Below, piece after piece: positions 48,700-58,959 of a stretch of DNA of 64,000 nt. The position numbers and the translations under genes are program-made. The notes below the pieces were generated by a model that searched no databases, was not told where the DNA came from, and saw only the letters and a list, made by a program, of their open reading frames with translations. The DNA comes from an uncultured Clostridia bacterium (GTDB lineage Bacteria > Bacillota > Clostridia > Christensenellales > UBA1242), in the NCBI GenBank assembly GCA_944351415.1, contig CALVPQ010000002.1, positions 801 through 64,800 on the forward strand, in the 5' to 3' direction. Position 1 is the stretch's first letter; every line of letters starts with the position of its first letter.

Positions 48700-48905
48700 T
48701 TTGCCTTTATTTATAAGGTGTATAGCATTTATGAATATTTATAAATTTATAGATATGCATCTATTTTTGATTATTATACATCATTTTTTATAATTATGCA
48801 AGTGTTTTTTGTATATTTATGCATTCATTTTTTATATATATTGCATAATATGCAACTTTATAAAAACACTTTCTATAAATATAACCTTTTATGCATTTAT
48901 AATTT
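48700..48905. promoter_or_regulatory. cluster of TGCAT/ATGCA half-sites upstream of argR (candidate ARG boxes)
   Basis: At least six TATGCA/TGCATA-type motifs plus TATGAATATTTATAAA, and the palindrome TTGCATA-A-TATGCAA at 48841-48855. Confidence 0.35.
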
Positions 48906-48915
48906 TCTTATCGCA

Positions 48916-48950
48916 TAAAAAAAAGAACTGATAATAATCTAATCAGTTCT
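48916..48950 (-). terminator. thiI terminator
   Basis: On the minus strand: stem AGAACTGAT/ATCAGTTCT followed by T9. Confidence 0.75.
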
Positions 48951-48973
48951 ATTAATTTAATTTCTATACTTAA

Positions 48974-50134
48974 TTATTCTCTCATTATATTAATAATCTC
49001 TTCTTTTTCTAAACACTCTTCTACAAGGGCATCTACATCAATATATTGTTCTTCATTTTCAGCCTGTTTAATAGTTGGTTTAATAATAGGATTTTTTGGC
49101 AAGAATACAGTGCAACAATCTTCGTAAGGTAATATAGAAGTGTCGTAGGTATTTATGCTTCTCGAAATTTCAATAATCTCCTCTTTATCCATTGCTATAC
49201 ATGGTCTAAAAATTGGTTTTTCTTTTATAACATTACCCGTTACTGTCATGCTCTGCATTGTTTGACTTGCAACTTGTCCCAAACTCTCACCTGTTACAAT
49301 AGCTCCAAGATTATATTTTTCACAAATACACTCTGCAACACGCATCATAATACGGCGCATTATTGTTATCATAAACTCTGGCTTACAACGTTTATGTATC
49401 TCTTCTTGCACTCTTGTAAAAGAGATTATATGCAATTTTATATCACCAACGTAATCGGTCAATAGATTCGCAAGTTTTATTACCTTATCTTTTGCCTGTT
49501 CAGATGTGTATGGATAACTATGAAAATGTAATGCCTCAAGTTCTAAACCACGTTTTGCCATAAGATAACCAGCTACAGGGCTATCTATTCCTCCGGATAA
49601 TAAAAGCAATCCCTTACCAGAACAACCAAGTGGTAATCCCCCTTGACATTTAATAATATTGTCAAATATATAAGCCTTATGATTCATTCTTATATCAACA
49701 TGAATTTCACATTGAGGCTTATATAAATCTACTGAAGAATTTTTGTTATTATTTAAAATAAGTTCCCCTAAATCTTTAGCAAAATCCATTGAAGAAATAG
49801 GAAAGGATTTATCAGCTCGTTTCACAAATACCTTAAAAGTTTTACCTTTACACTCTATTTTTGCCACTTCATTTTTTATAGTATCAACTTCAGCATTCAC
49901 TTCTATTGCAGGGCTTAGACTGTATAATCCAAAAACTTTCTTCAATTTTTCTACTATCTTATTTTGTTTATCTTGAGAGTAATTTGAAATAACATATCTT
50001 CCAAATGTTGATTCTAACTTATATTCTTCACCTTCAAGCATAGATTTAATATTTTTTATAAGTGTGCTTTCAAAATAGTTTCTATTATGTCCTTTTAAGT
50101 ATAGTTCTCCAAATCTTAACAATATAACATTCAT
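48974..50134 (-). CDS. thiI: tRNA 4-thiouridine synthase ThiI
   Basis: THUMP N-terminus and PP-loop LLLSGGIDSPVA. Confidence 0.93.
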   Translation of the reverse strand: MNVILLRFGELYLKGHNRNYFESTLIKNIKSMLEGEEYKLESTFGRYVISNYSQDKQNKIVEKLKKVFGLYSLSPAIEVNAEVDTIKNEVAKIECKGKTFKVFVKRADKSFPISSMDFAKDLGELILNNNKNSSVDLYKPQCEIHVDIRMNHKAYIFDNIIKCQGGLPLGCSGKGLLLLSGGIDSPVAGYLMAKRGLELEALHFHSYPYTSEQAKDKVIKLANLLTDYVGDIKLHIISFTRVQEEIHKRCKPEFMITIMRRIMMRVAECICEKYNLGAIVTGESLGQVASQTMQSMTVTGNVIKEKPIFRPCIAMDKEEIIEISRSINTYDTSILPYEDCCTVFLPKNPIIKPTIKQAENEEQYIDVDALVEECLEKEEIINIMRE

Positions 50135-51249
50135 TTCACCTTCTCCAATAATTTGTGATATGTGTCAAGTATTTCATGACATGCATTCTTTATATCATCT
50201 AATGAAAGCTCTTCACTAAATGATACTCTAATATGTGATTTAATTTCATCTATATTCATACCCATACTTTCCAAAACACGGTTCCCTGCCTTCTTAGTTG
50301 AACATGCGCTTCCAACACCAACATATATATTTCTATCTTGCAAACTTCTCATAAGAGTTTCACCATTTACACCATAAAAACTCAAGCTTAAAATATATGG
50401 GCTTTCAGTTTTTAAATATTTTACACCTTCTGTATTATCTATACTTTTTATGAAATAATCTTTTAATTCTTTAACATACTGAAAATTTTTTATTATATCA
50501 ATATTTTCTATAGCATATTTCATCGCCATTATACCTGGAACATTTTCTGTCCCAGAGCGATAACCACCTTCTTGCCCACCACCATAGATAATATTTTTTA
50601 ATCCACTAGGATTTTTAACATATAATGCTCCAACACCTTTAGGTCCATGAAATTTGTGAGCAGAAATTGTATATAAGTCAGCATTAAAATCCTCTATATT
50701 AAATGGAAGTTTACAGAAAGCTTGAACTCCATCAATATGAAGTAGTGCCTGTGGACAATATTCTCTTCTTATTTTGTCTATTTTTACAAGGTCATTTATT
50801 GCTCCAGTTTCATTACTAACATGCATAACAGAAATTAATCTTGTTCTATTATTTACAACTCTCTCAAGTTCTTCATAATCAATTTGCCCATTTTCTAATA
50901 ACCCAACAAAATGAACAGTATAACCTTGATTTTCTAAAGCAGATGCCACATTGTAAACACTTGGGTGCTCACCTAATGAAAAAACATATTCCCACTTTCC
51001 ATTACGCTTACTTCCCATAATTGCTAGATTATTACTTTCTGTTGCTCCACTTGTGAATATAACATTCCCCTTTGTTGCCCCTAAATTTTTTTTAATTAAT
51101 TCTCTAACTCCATCTAATTCCTTTGCAATTTCAAAAGACTTATTATATCCTGCAGAAGGATTAAAAAAAGATTGGCAGGCATATTTTTTATATATGTCCG
51201 CCCCACCTTCAAACATCTTAGTTGTAGCAGCATTATCTAAATAAATCAT
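50131..51249 (-). CDS. cysteine desulfurase (NifS/NifZ-like, class V aminotransferase)
   Basis: IYLDNAATT N-terminus, SAHKFHGPKG PLP-lysine motif, and GSACS active-site Cys. Overlaps thiI by 4 nt. Confidence 0.9.
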   Translation of the reverse strand: MIYLDNAATTKMFEGGADIYKKYACQSFFNPSAGYNKSFEIAKELDGVRELIKKNLGATKGNVIFTSGATESNNLAIMGSKRNGKWEYVFSLGEHPSVYNVASALENQGYTVHFVGLLENGQIDYEELERVVNNRTRLISVMHVSNETGAINDLVKIDKIRREYCPQALLHIDGVQAFCKLPFNIEDFNADLYTISAHKFHGPKGVGALYVKNPSGLKNIIYGGGQEGGYRSGTENVPGIMAMKYAIENIDIIKNFQYVKELKDYFIKSIDNTEGVKYLKTESPYILSLSFYGVNGETLMRSLQDRNIYVGVGSACSTKKAGNRVLESMGMNIDEIKSHIRVSFSEELSLDDIKNACHEILDTYHKLLEKVK

Positions 51250-53663
51250 CTTAAAGATGCTCCAAATTTATAATTAAAATTTTTAATAATTTTTTGTATT
51301 ACTTTATTTACCTCTTCATCAGTAAGGGTTTTATTCATATCTGAAAGCTTAACTTTAATAGCTACACTTTTCTTATCTTTTCCAACATTTTCACTGCGGT
51401 AAATATCAAAAATATTTGCTTCATAATATAATTTTCCACAAGCTGATTTAACAGTTTCAAGCATTTCAGATGCCGTGATTTTTTCATCAACAACAATAGC
51501 TAAATCTCTTTCAACTATAGGATATTTAGAAATTTCCTTGGCAATTATCTTCTTTACAGGTAAACTAGCTAAATAATCATCATTAATCTCTGCATATACA
51601 ACATAATCTGGAATATCATAATTTTTTGCTACCATTGGGTGAATTTGTCCAAAAGAACAAATTACTTCATTATCAACTATTAAATCCGCTGAAATTCCTG
51701 GGTGCAAGAATGGTTGTTTTGACCTTTCAATTTTATACTCAACTGAAGTATTATTTAATAGCATTTCAACCATACCCTTTATAAAATTAAAGTTCATATT
51801 TTTTATTGTCTTAAAGGTTTCTTCACAAACTGCAAGGGCTATCATATTTTTTTCAGTTGGTAAATTTTCAAGTGGTAATTTATCAGTTAAATATACTCTT
51901 CCACATTCAAATATTCTTATATTGTGATTGCCTACACTAAGATTATATGCTATATTTGCAAACATAGAATGAGCCATTGATGTTCTCATACAAGATATAT
52001 CTTCACTAATAGGATTAGCTATTTTTATAAGATTTTTCCTTTCATCAGTAAGTAAAAGTTTTTCAGCCATATCACTTGGAACTAAAGTATAAGATACATT
52101 TTCATAGAAGCCTTCTGTTACAAGAGCATTTCTAAATTTCCGCTCAAGTAAAAGCCTTGGGTGATGATGCCCTTCTGTTACTGCAGAGTTTTTAAATAGG
52201 TCATAATCAATATTATCATAGGCATCGTATCCATAAAGTCTGATAATTTCTTCAGCTATATCATAGTCATTTTCAAGGTCTTCTCTATATGGAGGAATAA
52301 TACAAGTTATTTTATCACCAGCTATAGTGCTTTCGATACCTAAATTATTTAAAATACGAAGCATGTCCTTAGAATCTATCTGTATTCCTAAAATATCATT
52401 TATAAGTTTTACGGATACTATAATTTTTCTAGCCTCATTCTTTTTAGATGATATATCAATCATACCGCGAACAATTTTACCGCATTTTATTCTAGAAATT
52501 AAATGTAAAGCTCTAAGCATACCTAATTCAGCATTAGCTACATTAACACCCTTTGAATATCTAGCTGATGAATCTGTTCTAACACCAATTTTTCTGCTTG
52601 TAATTCTTATTGATTTTAAATCAAAAACAGCACTTTCTAAAACACATCTTTTGGTATTATCATTTATACATGAGTTTGTTCCACCTATTACACCAGCAAT
52701 AACCATAGGTTTTTCACTATCTGCAATAACCATTACATCTTCATCTAAATCATAAGTGTTATGATTTAATACTTCTATTTTTTCTCCCTTCTCGGCTTGT
52801 CTAACATTTATTTTACTACCACCAATAAGTTCTTGGTCAAAAGCATGTAGAGGTTGTCCCATTTCTATTAAAACATAATTAGTTATATCAACAAGAGTGT
52901 TTATTGGCTTTATTCCAACTGCATTCAATCTAGCTCTTATCCATAATGGAGAACGCTCTATCTTTACATCTGTAACAGCTGCAGCCATATATCTTAAACA
53001 GTTTGGTGAAGTTACACTTACATTAACATAATCTCTTACGGTATCCTTTGCATATACATCAATATCATAGCTTAAGTTCACCTTTCTCATTTCTAGTCCA
53101 TAAAGAGCACATACTTCACGAGCAATACCTATAACACTCATACAATCCGCCCTATTAGGTGTTATATTGATGTCATATATTATATCATCAAGTTTAAGAG
53201 CTTTATCAATAGGCTCGCCAATTTTCATATCTTCTGGCAAAATTAAAATACCATTAACCCCTGCCCCATCAAAATAATTTTCATCTATGCCAAGTTCTTC
53301 TCCAGAACAAAACATACCGCAAGATTCAATTCCACGCATTTTTGCTTTTTGAATTTTTACTCCATTAACAAGGTCTGCTCCAGGTAAACTTACCGGAACA
53401 ATAGCACCTTCAAAAACATTTGTTGCTGCAGTAATAATTTGTGTTATCTCGTTACCTATATTAACTTGACAAACCACTAATTTATCGGCTTGTGGGTGTT
53501 TTTCAATTTTTAATATTTTGCCTACGACAACATCGTGCAAATGTTCATTTTGATAAATAATTTCTTCCACTTCCATTCCTGCAGAAGTTAGTCTTTTTGC
53601 AACATCTTCAGGCGATGCTGTAATGTTAACAAAATCTTTTAACCAATTATATGTTACTTTCAT
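51246..53663 (-). CDS. pheT: phenylalanyl-tRNA synthetase beta subunit
   Basis: 805 aa. MKVTYNWLKDF N-terminus, with tRNA-binding, B3/4, B5 and FDX-ACB domains in order. Confidence 0.96.
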   Translation of the reverse strand: MKVTYNWLKDFVNITASPEDVAKRLTSAGMEVEEIIYQNEHLHDVVVGKILKIEKHPQADKLVVCQVNIGNEITQIITAATNVFEGAIVPVSLPGADLVNGVKIQKAKMRGIESCGMFCSGEELGIDENYFDGAGVNGILILPEDMKIGEPIDKALKLDDIIYDINITPNRADCMSVIGIAREVCALYGLEMRKVNLSYDIDVYAKDTVRDYVNVSVTSPNCLRYMAAAVTDVKIERSPLWIRARLNAVGIKPINTLVDITNYVLIEMGQPLHAFDQELIGGSKINVRQAEKGEKIEVLNHNTYDLDEDVMVIADSEKPMVIAGVIGGTNSCINDNTKRCVLESAVFDLKSIRITSRKIGVRTDSSARYSKGVNVANAELGMLRALHLISRIKCGKIVRGMIDISSKKNEARKIIVSVKLINDILGIQIDSKDMLRILNNLGIESTIAGDKITCIIPPYREDLENDYDIAEEIIRLYGYDAYDNIDYDLFKNSAVTEGHHHPRLLLERKFRNALVTEGFYENVSYTLVPSDMAEKLLLTDERKNLIKIANPISEDISCMRTSMAHSMFANIAYNLSVGNHNIRIFECGRVYLTDKLPLENLPTEKNMIALAVCEETFKTIKNMNFNFIKGMVEMLLNNTSVEYKIERSKQPFLHPGISADLIVDNEVICSFGQIHPMVAKNYDIPDYVVYAEINDDYLASLPVKKIIAKEISKYPIVERDLAIVVDEKITASEMLETVKSACGKLYYEANIFDIYRSENVGKDKKSVAIKVKLSDMNKTLTDEEVNKVIQKIIKNFNYKFGASLR

Positions 53664-53678
53664 TATTATTCTCCTTGA

Positions 53679-54701
53679 TTATTTCATCTGATTAAGAAAT
53701 CTTATATCATTTTTATATAATGATTTAATGTTGCTAATACTATTTAAAATCATAGCCGTTCTATCAAGTCCAAAACCAAAAGCAAATCCACGATATTTCT
53801 TACTATCAATACCTGACATCTCTAAAACCTTAGGATTAACAACTCCTGCACCCAATAATTCCAGCATTCCGCTACCCTTACATATATTACAGCCCTTTCC
53901 ATGACAGTTAGGACAAGATACATCTACTTCAATACTTGGCTCTGTAAATGGGAAAAATGATGGCCTAAATCTTATCATAGTATCTTCACCATACAATCTT
54001 TTCATTAATATTGTAAGCATAGATTTTAAATCAGCCATAGATATATTTTCATCAACGACCAACCCTTCTAATTGATGGAATATTGGGCTATGTGTAGCAT
54101 CGCTATCATTTCTATAAGTCTTACCAGGACAAACTATTTTAAATGGAGGTTTCCGTTTTTCCATTTCTCTTGCTTGCACAGCTGAAGTTTGGGACCTTAA
54201 CAATATTTCATCAGTAATAAAGAAGGTATCTTGCATATCTCTTGATGGGTGATTTTTGGGAATATTCATTGCCTCAAAGTTATAATAATCTGTTTCTATT
54301 TCAGGACCCTCAACAACTGAAAATCCCATATCAACACAAATATCTGTAAGCCTATCAATAACATCTGGAATTGGGTGTAAGGCACCAACCTTACCAAATT
54401 TTGAAGGTTCCGTTATGTCAATTTTTTCTTCTTCAAGTCTTTTATTTAAAGCTTCTTGCTCAAACTTCATACTTTTAACTTGCAGTTCATGCTCAATGGC
54501 TATTCTTACTTCGTTTATTAATGCACCTAATTTAGGTCTATCCTCTGGAGAAACGTCTCTCATACCTTTAGAGGCAGAAGTAATAACCCCTGCTTTACCA
54601 AAAGCCTTTATTCTGACATCATTAAGCTCCTTTTGAGATAAAGCATTGTGTATTTCTTTAAGCAAATCCTCTTTTATTCTTACAAGTTCATTTAATAACA
54701 T
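53679..54701 (-). CDS. pheS: phenylalanyl-tRNA synthetase alpha subunit
   Basis: Class II motifs HPSRDMQDTF, FRPSFFPFTEPS and GFAFGFGLDR. Confidence 0.97.
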   Translation of the reverse strand: MLLNELVRIKEDLLKEIHNALSQKELNDVRIKAFGKAGVITSASKGMRDVSPEDRPKLGALINEVRIAIEHELQVKSMKFEQEALNKRLEEEKIDITEPSKFGKVGALHPIPDVIDRLTDICVDMGFSVVEGPEIETDYYNFEAMNIPKNHPSRDMQDTFFITDEILLRSQTSAVQAREMEKRKPPFKIVCPGKTYRNDSDATHSPIFHQLEGLVVDENISMADLKSMLTILMKRLYGEDTMIRFRPSFFPFTEPSIEVDVSCPNCHGKGCNICKGSGMLELLGAGVVNPKVLEMSGIDSKKYRGFAFGFGLDRTAMILNSISNIKSLYKNDIRFLNQMK

Positions 54702-54811
54702 AATTCCTCCTACTTAAATAAATTTTGAATTTATATTCCTAACTAAAACAAAGGCATATATTAACAAAATATTTTAAAACTATAGAAACCTTTATTTAAA
54801 GTCAAGCAAAC

Positions 54812-55070
54812 AAAAATAAAAAACCTTCTATCGTATTAGGACGAAAGAAGGCATCTTCGTGGTACCACCTAATTTTGATTGCAAAAGCAATCCTTATTTT
54901 AGTCTTTAACGCAGACAATAACGACAAAAACTACTTACTTTTGTTTATTTAATGCTTTTACAAATTGTATTTGATTATTTCAAAAGTTTCATAATTGCAG
55001 CTAGAAAGTGAATTCATAAATTCTATCATATTTGCCTTTCAGCCTTAAGCAAACTCTCTAAAATGCTTTG
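54812..55070 (-). promoter_or_regulatory. T-box riboswitch, Phe (UUC) specifier
   Basis: On the minus strand: AGAGAG and GCUGAAAG stem I elements. GAA-UUC-A specifier (plus-strand 55010-55012). T-box core AAUUAGGUGGUACCACG (plus-strand 54858-54874). Terminator CCTTCT/AGAAGG plus a T-run. Confidence 0.85.
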
Positions 55071-55240
55071 AATTTATTACTAGTCTTTCATCATAGCTTT
55101 TATTATAATTCAAAGTATAAGATATATTTTATATTATGTCAAGTAAAAATTAATTTTTATATAAATCATTTTATTTTTACTCAAATAATCATTTGCAAAA
55201 TTAAATTTATTATTTTAAAATATAGTAAAAGGATTAGATT

Positions 55241-56134
55241 ATGCAAAAAAAATATAGAACTTATATGATAACAAAAACTTTTAAAAGTGTTTATCATTTT
55301 TTAAAGGATAATAGATTTTCTGAAAATTATATTACAAATCTTAGAAAAGAAACTGGAAATATCAAAGTAAATGGTCATGATGTTACCATTCAAAAAGAGT
55401 TGTTTCCCGGTGATAAATTAGATATAAATATAAACCCAAATACTAAAACAAGTATTATGCGATGCATATTACCACTAAATATTGTATATGAAGATGAATA
55501 TTACCTTATAGTGAATAAACCGGCAGGTCTCCCATGTATGCCAAGCAAATCCCATTATTCATGCAATCTTGCCGGAGCTATTTGTTATTACATGGATTCA
55601 AAAGATGATAATTTTACATTAAGAATTATTAATAGGCTTGATAAAGATACAGAAGGCTTAATTATTGTTGCAAAGGACAGCATTTCGCAAAAGGAAATCA
55701 AAGACATCAATAAAACATATTATGCGATATGCGAAGGTATTATTGATAAAGATATTGTTATAAATAAAAAGATTAAAACAGTGTCAAAAGGAAAAATAAA
55801 TGAGCATAAAAGGATTATAGCCGAAGATGGACAAAGTGCTATCACCCATCTGTTTCCTATTAAATCATTAGAAATTTCTAATAATAACCTAAAAACAATG
55901 ATTACTTTAGTAAAAATAATTCTTGAACATGGAAGAACACATCAAATACGTGTGCATTTATCAGATATTGGACACCCCTTACTAGGAGATGCTTTATATG
56001 GAACAAAAAGTAATTTAATTAATCATACTGCTCTTGCATGTAGTGAGCTAAATTTTTTCCACCCTTTTTTAAATAAAAAACTTTCATTTTCAATTTCGCT
56101 TTCGGAAGATATTAATAGAATTATTTCCAAATAA
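55241..56134 (+). CDS. RluA-family pseudouridine synthase
   Basis: N-terminal S4-like region. NRLDKDTEGL catalytic Asp motif and HGRTHQIRVH. Confidence 0.88.
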   Translation: MQKKYRTYMITKTFKSVYHFLKDNRFSENYITNLRKETGNIKVNGHDVTIQKELFPGDKLDININPNTKTSIMRCILPLNIVYEDEYYLIVNKPAGLPCMPSKSHYSCNLAGAICYYMDSKDDNFTLRIINRLDKDTEGLIIVAKDSISQKEIKDINKTYYAICEGIIDKDIVINKKIKTVSKGKINEHKRIIAEDGQSAITHLFPIKSLEISNNNLKTMITLVKIILEHGRTHQIRVHLSDIGHPLLGDALYGTKSNLINHTALACSELNFFHPFLNKKLSFSISLSEDINRIISK

Positions 56135-56382
56135 TATTCTTTATTTAATAAAAGTGAAGTTTTCTATTTTCAAAAACACCCTTCTATATTATAAATTAAT
56201 AAAAACAACTTTGATTAAATTTTAATAAGATACTTTATTAATGCGATTTTATTTATTTAGCTTTAACATATATTTTTAAATATTGAATTTTATCTTTTTA
56301 TTACCTTTTTCAATTATTTTTTATAAAACCATAATTTTAAATTGAGAACCAAATAGAATCTTTTCCAAAATTATTTATTACT

Positions 56383-56419
56383 AAAAAAGAGAGATATTAT
56401 AAATTATATCTCTCTTTTT
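56383..56419. terminator. bidirectional terminator immediately 3' of the tRNA
   Basis: 10-bp stem AGAGAGATAT/ATATCTCTCT with an A-run and a T-run on either side. Confidence 0.75.
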
Positions 56420-56420
56420 A

Positions 56421-56502
56421 TGGTGCGGGCGGTGGGAGTCGAACCCACACCCTTTCGGACTTGCCCCTTAAACAAGCGCGTCTGCCATTCCGCCACGCCC
56501 GC
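56421..56502 (-). tRNA. tRNA-Leu, anticodon AAG by manual folding
   Basis: Acceptor GCGGGCG/CGCCCGC, discriminator A, encoded CCA. T-arm GTGGG-TTCGACT-CCCAC. 11-nt variable arm (class II). Anticodon arm CTTGT-TTAAGGG-GCAAG, directly parallel to E. coli tRNA-Leu CTAGC-TTCAGGT-GTTAG. Confidence 0.9.
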
Positions 56503-56521
56503 AATCTATTGTTACTATAAT

Positions 56522-56550
56522 AGTATAATAAATTGCCGTTTAAATGTCAA
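56522..56550 (-). promoter_or_regulatory. sigma-A promoter of the tRNA-Leu gene
   Basis: On the minus strand: TTGACA, 17 bp, TATACT, about 20 nt before the tRNA 5' end. Confidence 0.7.
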
Positions 56551-56744
56551 GTAATTATTCAATTTTCTTTATTTTATATAAAATTTTTTTTAAAAAGTAG
56601 TTTTAAAATTATTAAATACATTTAAGTTATTATAATGTGTATTTACTTTTAAAAATTTTATTCCTTAAAATGAATATAAAAAATATTCTATTTATATATA
56701 AAAGATTTTAAGCTAATTTGAAATAAGTTTTTAAAAAGTATATT

Positions 56745-57023
56745 TCAAGATTCCTGAAATTCATTATAACCTTTTTCAAACTGTTCTTTAGATTCCACAT
56801 CTAAACTGAACAACAATCCAAATAACTGCCCAACATGTAGTTTTTCTTCTTTGATAATATCTCTTATAGTTTCTTTAGTCTTTTCATCATTTGTTTCCAT
56901 TAAATGGTTTTCATATTGAATAATGGCATCTAATTCCCCTATAATATCCTCACGTGAATTTTGAATTATTTTAAAATTATTTGTCATATCATTTGTGTTA
57001 TAAATATTAAATAATCTTCTCAT
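56745..57023 (-). CDS. small ferritin-like protein (EncFtn/rubrerythrin half-domain type)
   Basis: 92 aa. ELDAIIQYENH...IRDIIKEEKLHVGQLFGLL matches the E..A...Y....EEK.H pattern of encapsulated-ferritin-like di-iron proteins. Confidence 0.5.
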   Translation of the reverse strand: MRRLFNIYNTNDMTNNFKIIQNSREDIIGELDAIIQYENHLMETNDEKTKETIRDIIKEEKLHVGQLFGLLFSLDVESKEQFEKGYNEFQES

Positions 57024-57071
57024 ATAACCCCCTATGATTTATGTATGATAGATTTTTATATTTTGACAATT

Positions 57072-57098
57072 AAAAAACAACTAATTGCTTAGTTGTTT
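57072..57098 (-). terminator. clpX terminator
   Basis: 9-bp stem AACAACTAA/TTAGTTGTT with a T-run on the minus strand. Confidence 0.7.
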
Positions 57099-57103
57099 CT
57101 AAT

Positions 57104-58360
57104 TTAACAGATTTCTTTATTTTCAGCAGTTTTTTTGATTATCTCTGGTTGACCATTTTCTAGTTCAATAAACTTATCTGTAACAATAATTTTTTCAACA
57201 TCATTATAGCTTGGAGCTTCATACATAAGTCTATTCATCTTGCCTTCTATAATGGTTCGAAGCCCTCTTGCACCTGTCTTAAGTTCCATTGCCTTCTTTG
57301 CTATTGCACTTATTGATTCTTTAGAAAATTCTATATCAATACCATCAATTTTAAACATTAATTCATATTGCTTTATAATAGAATTTTTAGGTTCCTGTAA
57401 AATTTTTACTAATGCATTTTCATCTAATTCATCAAGTCCTACAACAACAGGAAGTCTGCCAATAAACTCTGGTATAAGACCAAATTTTATTAGGTCATTA
57501 GGCTGTATATCTTTAATATAATTTTTCTTATCCTTATCTTCTTGAGACTGAATAAGGGCATTAAATCCTAAAGTTGTATCATTTTCTCGAGCTTCAATAA
57601 TTTTATCAAGTCCAACGAATGCTCCACCACAAATAAATAAAATATTTGTAGTATCAATTTGTATCATTTCTTGATGTGGGTGTTTTCTTCCACCTTGAGG
57701 AGGAACAGATGCTACAGTGCTTTCTAATATTTTAAGAAGAGCTTGTTGCACACCCTCGCCTGCAACATCACGAGTAATAGAAACATTTTGTGTTTTTCTT
57801 GCTATTTTATCAATTTCATCTATATAAATGATTCCGCGTTGAGCCTTCTCAATATCATAATCTGCATTTTGTATAAGCTTTAAAAGTATATTTTCTACAT
57901 CATCACCTACATATCCCGCTTCTGTTAGTGTTGTTGCATCTGCTGATGCAAAAGGAACTTTTAAAATTTTTGCAAGTGTTTTTGCAAGAAGAGTTTTACC
58001 AGAACCTGTTGGGCCAATCATAAGAATATTGCTTTTCTCAAGTTCCACGTCACCATCATCTTCATTTTTTGTAAGATTATAATTTAACCTTTTATAATGA
58101 TTATAAACAGCTACAGCAAGAACTTTCTTCACCTCGTCTTGTCCAACTATATATTCATCTAGTTTTTCTTTTATTTCACTAGGTGTTGGTAACTCAATTT
58201 TTTCAAAGGTAGATTTTTTTGTAATATCCGTTATAATATCCTTACAAATCTCTATACATTCATCACAAATAAAAGCATCACCATTAGGACTGGCAACTAA
58301 TTTTCTTACTTCTCTTTGGCTTTTTCCACAAAAACTACATTTACAATCTAATTCTGCCAT
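57104..58360 (-). CDS. clpX: ATP-dependent Clp protease ATP-binding subunit ClpX
   Basis: Zinc-binding CSFCGK...CDEC, Walker A GPTGSGKT, and the IGF-type loop. Confidence 0.97.
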   Translation of the reverse strand: MAELDCKCSFCGKSQREVRKLVASPNGDAFICDECIEICKDIITDITKKSTFEKIELPTPSEIKEKLDEYIVGQDEVKKVLAVAVYNHYKRLNYNLTKNEDDGDVELEKSNILMIGPTGSGKTLLAKTLAKILKVPFASADATTLTEAGYVGDDVENILLKLIQNADYDIEKAQRGIIYIDEIDKIARKTQNVSITRDVAGEGVQQALLKILESTVASVPPQGGRKHPHQEMIQIDTTNILFICGGAFVGLDKIIEARENDTTLGFNALIQSQEDKDKKNYIKDIQPNDLIKFGLIPEFIGRLPVVVGLDELDENALVKILQEPKNSIIKQYELMFKIDGIDIEFSKESISAIAKKAMELKTGARGLRTIIEGKMNRLMYEAPSYNDVEKIIVTDKFIELENGQPEIIKKTAENKEIC

Positions 58361-58959
58361 TAAGCCTCCTTATTTAATTTTTTACGTGAAACGAAAATTT
58401 CGTCAATTATACCGTAATCTTTTGCCTCCTGTGCTGTCATATAATTATCTCTATCTGTATCTTTTTCAACTATTTCTAAAGGTTTACCTGTGTTTTCACT
58501 AAGCATAACATTCATTCTTTCTTTAATATATTGAATATGATTTGCTTGAATTTGAATATCGCTTACTTGTCCTTGAGCCCCACCGAGAGGTTGATGAATC
58601 ATAATTTCACTATTCGGTAGAGCAAATCTTTTACCTTTTGTTCCACCTGCAAGCAAAAATGCCCCCATAGAAGCTGCTCTTCCAACACAGATAGTTGAAA
58701 CATCACATTTAATATATTTCATTGTGTCATATATTGCAAGTCCCGCAGAAACACTTCCCCCTGGACTATTAATATATATGAATATATCTTTATTTGGGTT
58801 TTTACCTTCTAAATAGATTAACTGTGCAACAACAATATTTGCAACATTATCATCTATTTCTCCGTTTAAAAATATAATTCTATCCTCTAATAGACGAGAA
58901 TAAATATCATACGACCTTTCGCCATTACCTGTTTGGTCTACAACCATAGGTATTAACAT
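58360..58959 (-). CDS. clpP: ATP-dependent Clp protease proteolytic subunit
   Basis: ATG at 58959 after AAGGAGGG. The [22 protein letters not shown] and MIHQPLGG catalytic triad context. TAATG overlap with clpX. Confidence 0.96.
   Translation of the reverse strand: MLIPMVVDQTGNGERSYDIYSRLLEDRIIFLNGEIDDNVANIVVAQLIYLEGKNPNKDIFIYINSPGGSVSAGLAIYDTMKYIKCDVSTICVGRAASMGAFLLAGGTKGKRFALPNSEIMIHQPLGGAQGQVSDIQIQANHIQYIKERMNVMLSENTGKPLEIVEKDTDRDNYMTAQEAKDYGIIDEIFVSRKKLNKEA

Noticed and set aside
55068-55268. 66-aa ORF in the AT-rich spacer upstream of the RluA-family gene. Similar AT-rich ORFs lie at 35610-35813 and 4541-4771.
   Set aside because: Composition is extreme I/K/F/Y/N. There is no RBS. They overlap promoter, leader or other coding regions. 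Such ORFs are chance products of AT-rich DNA.
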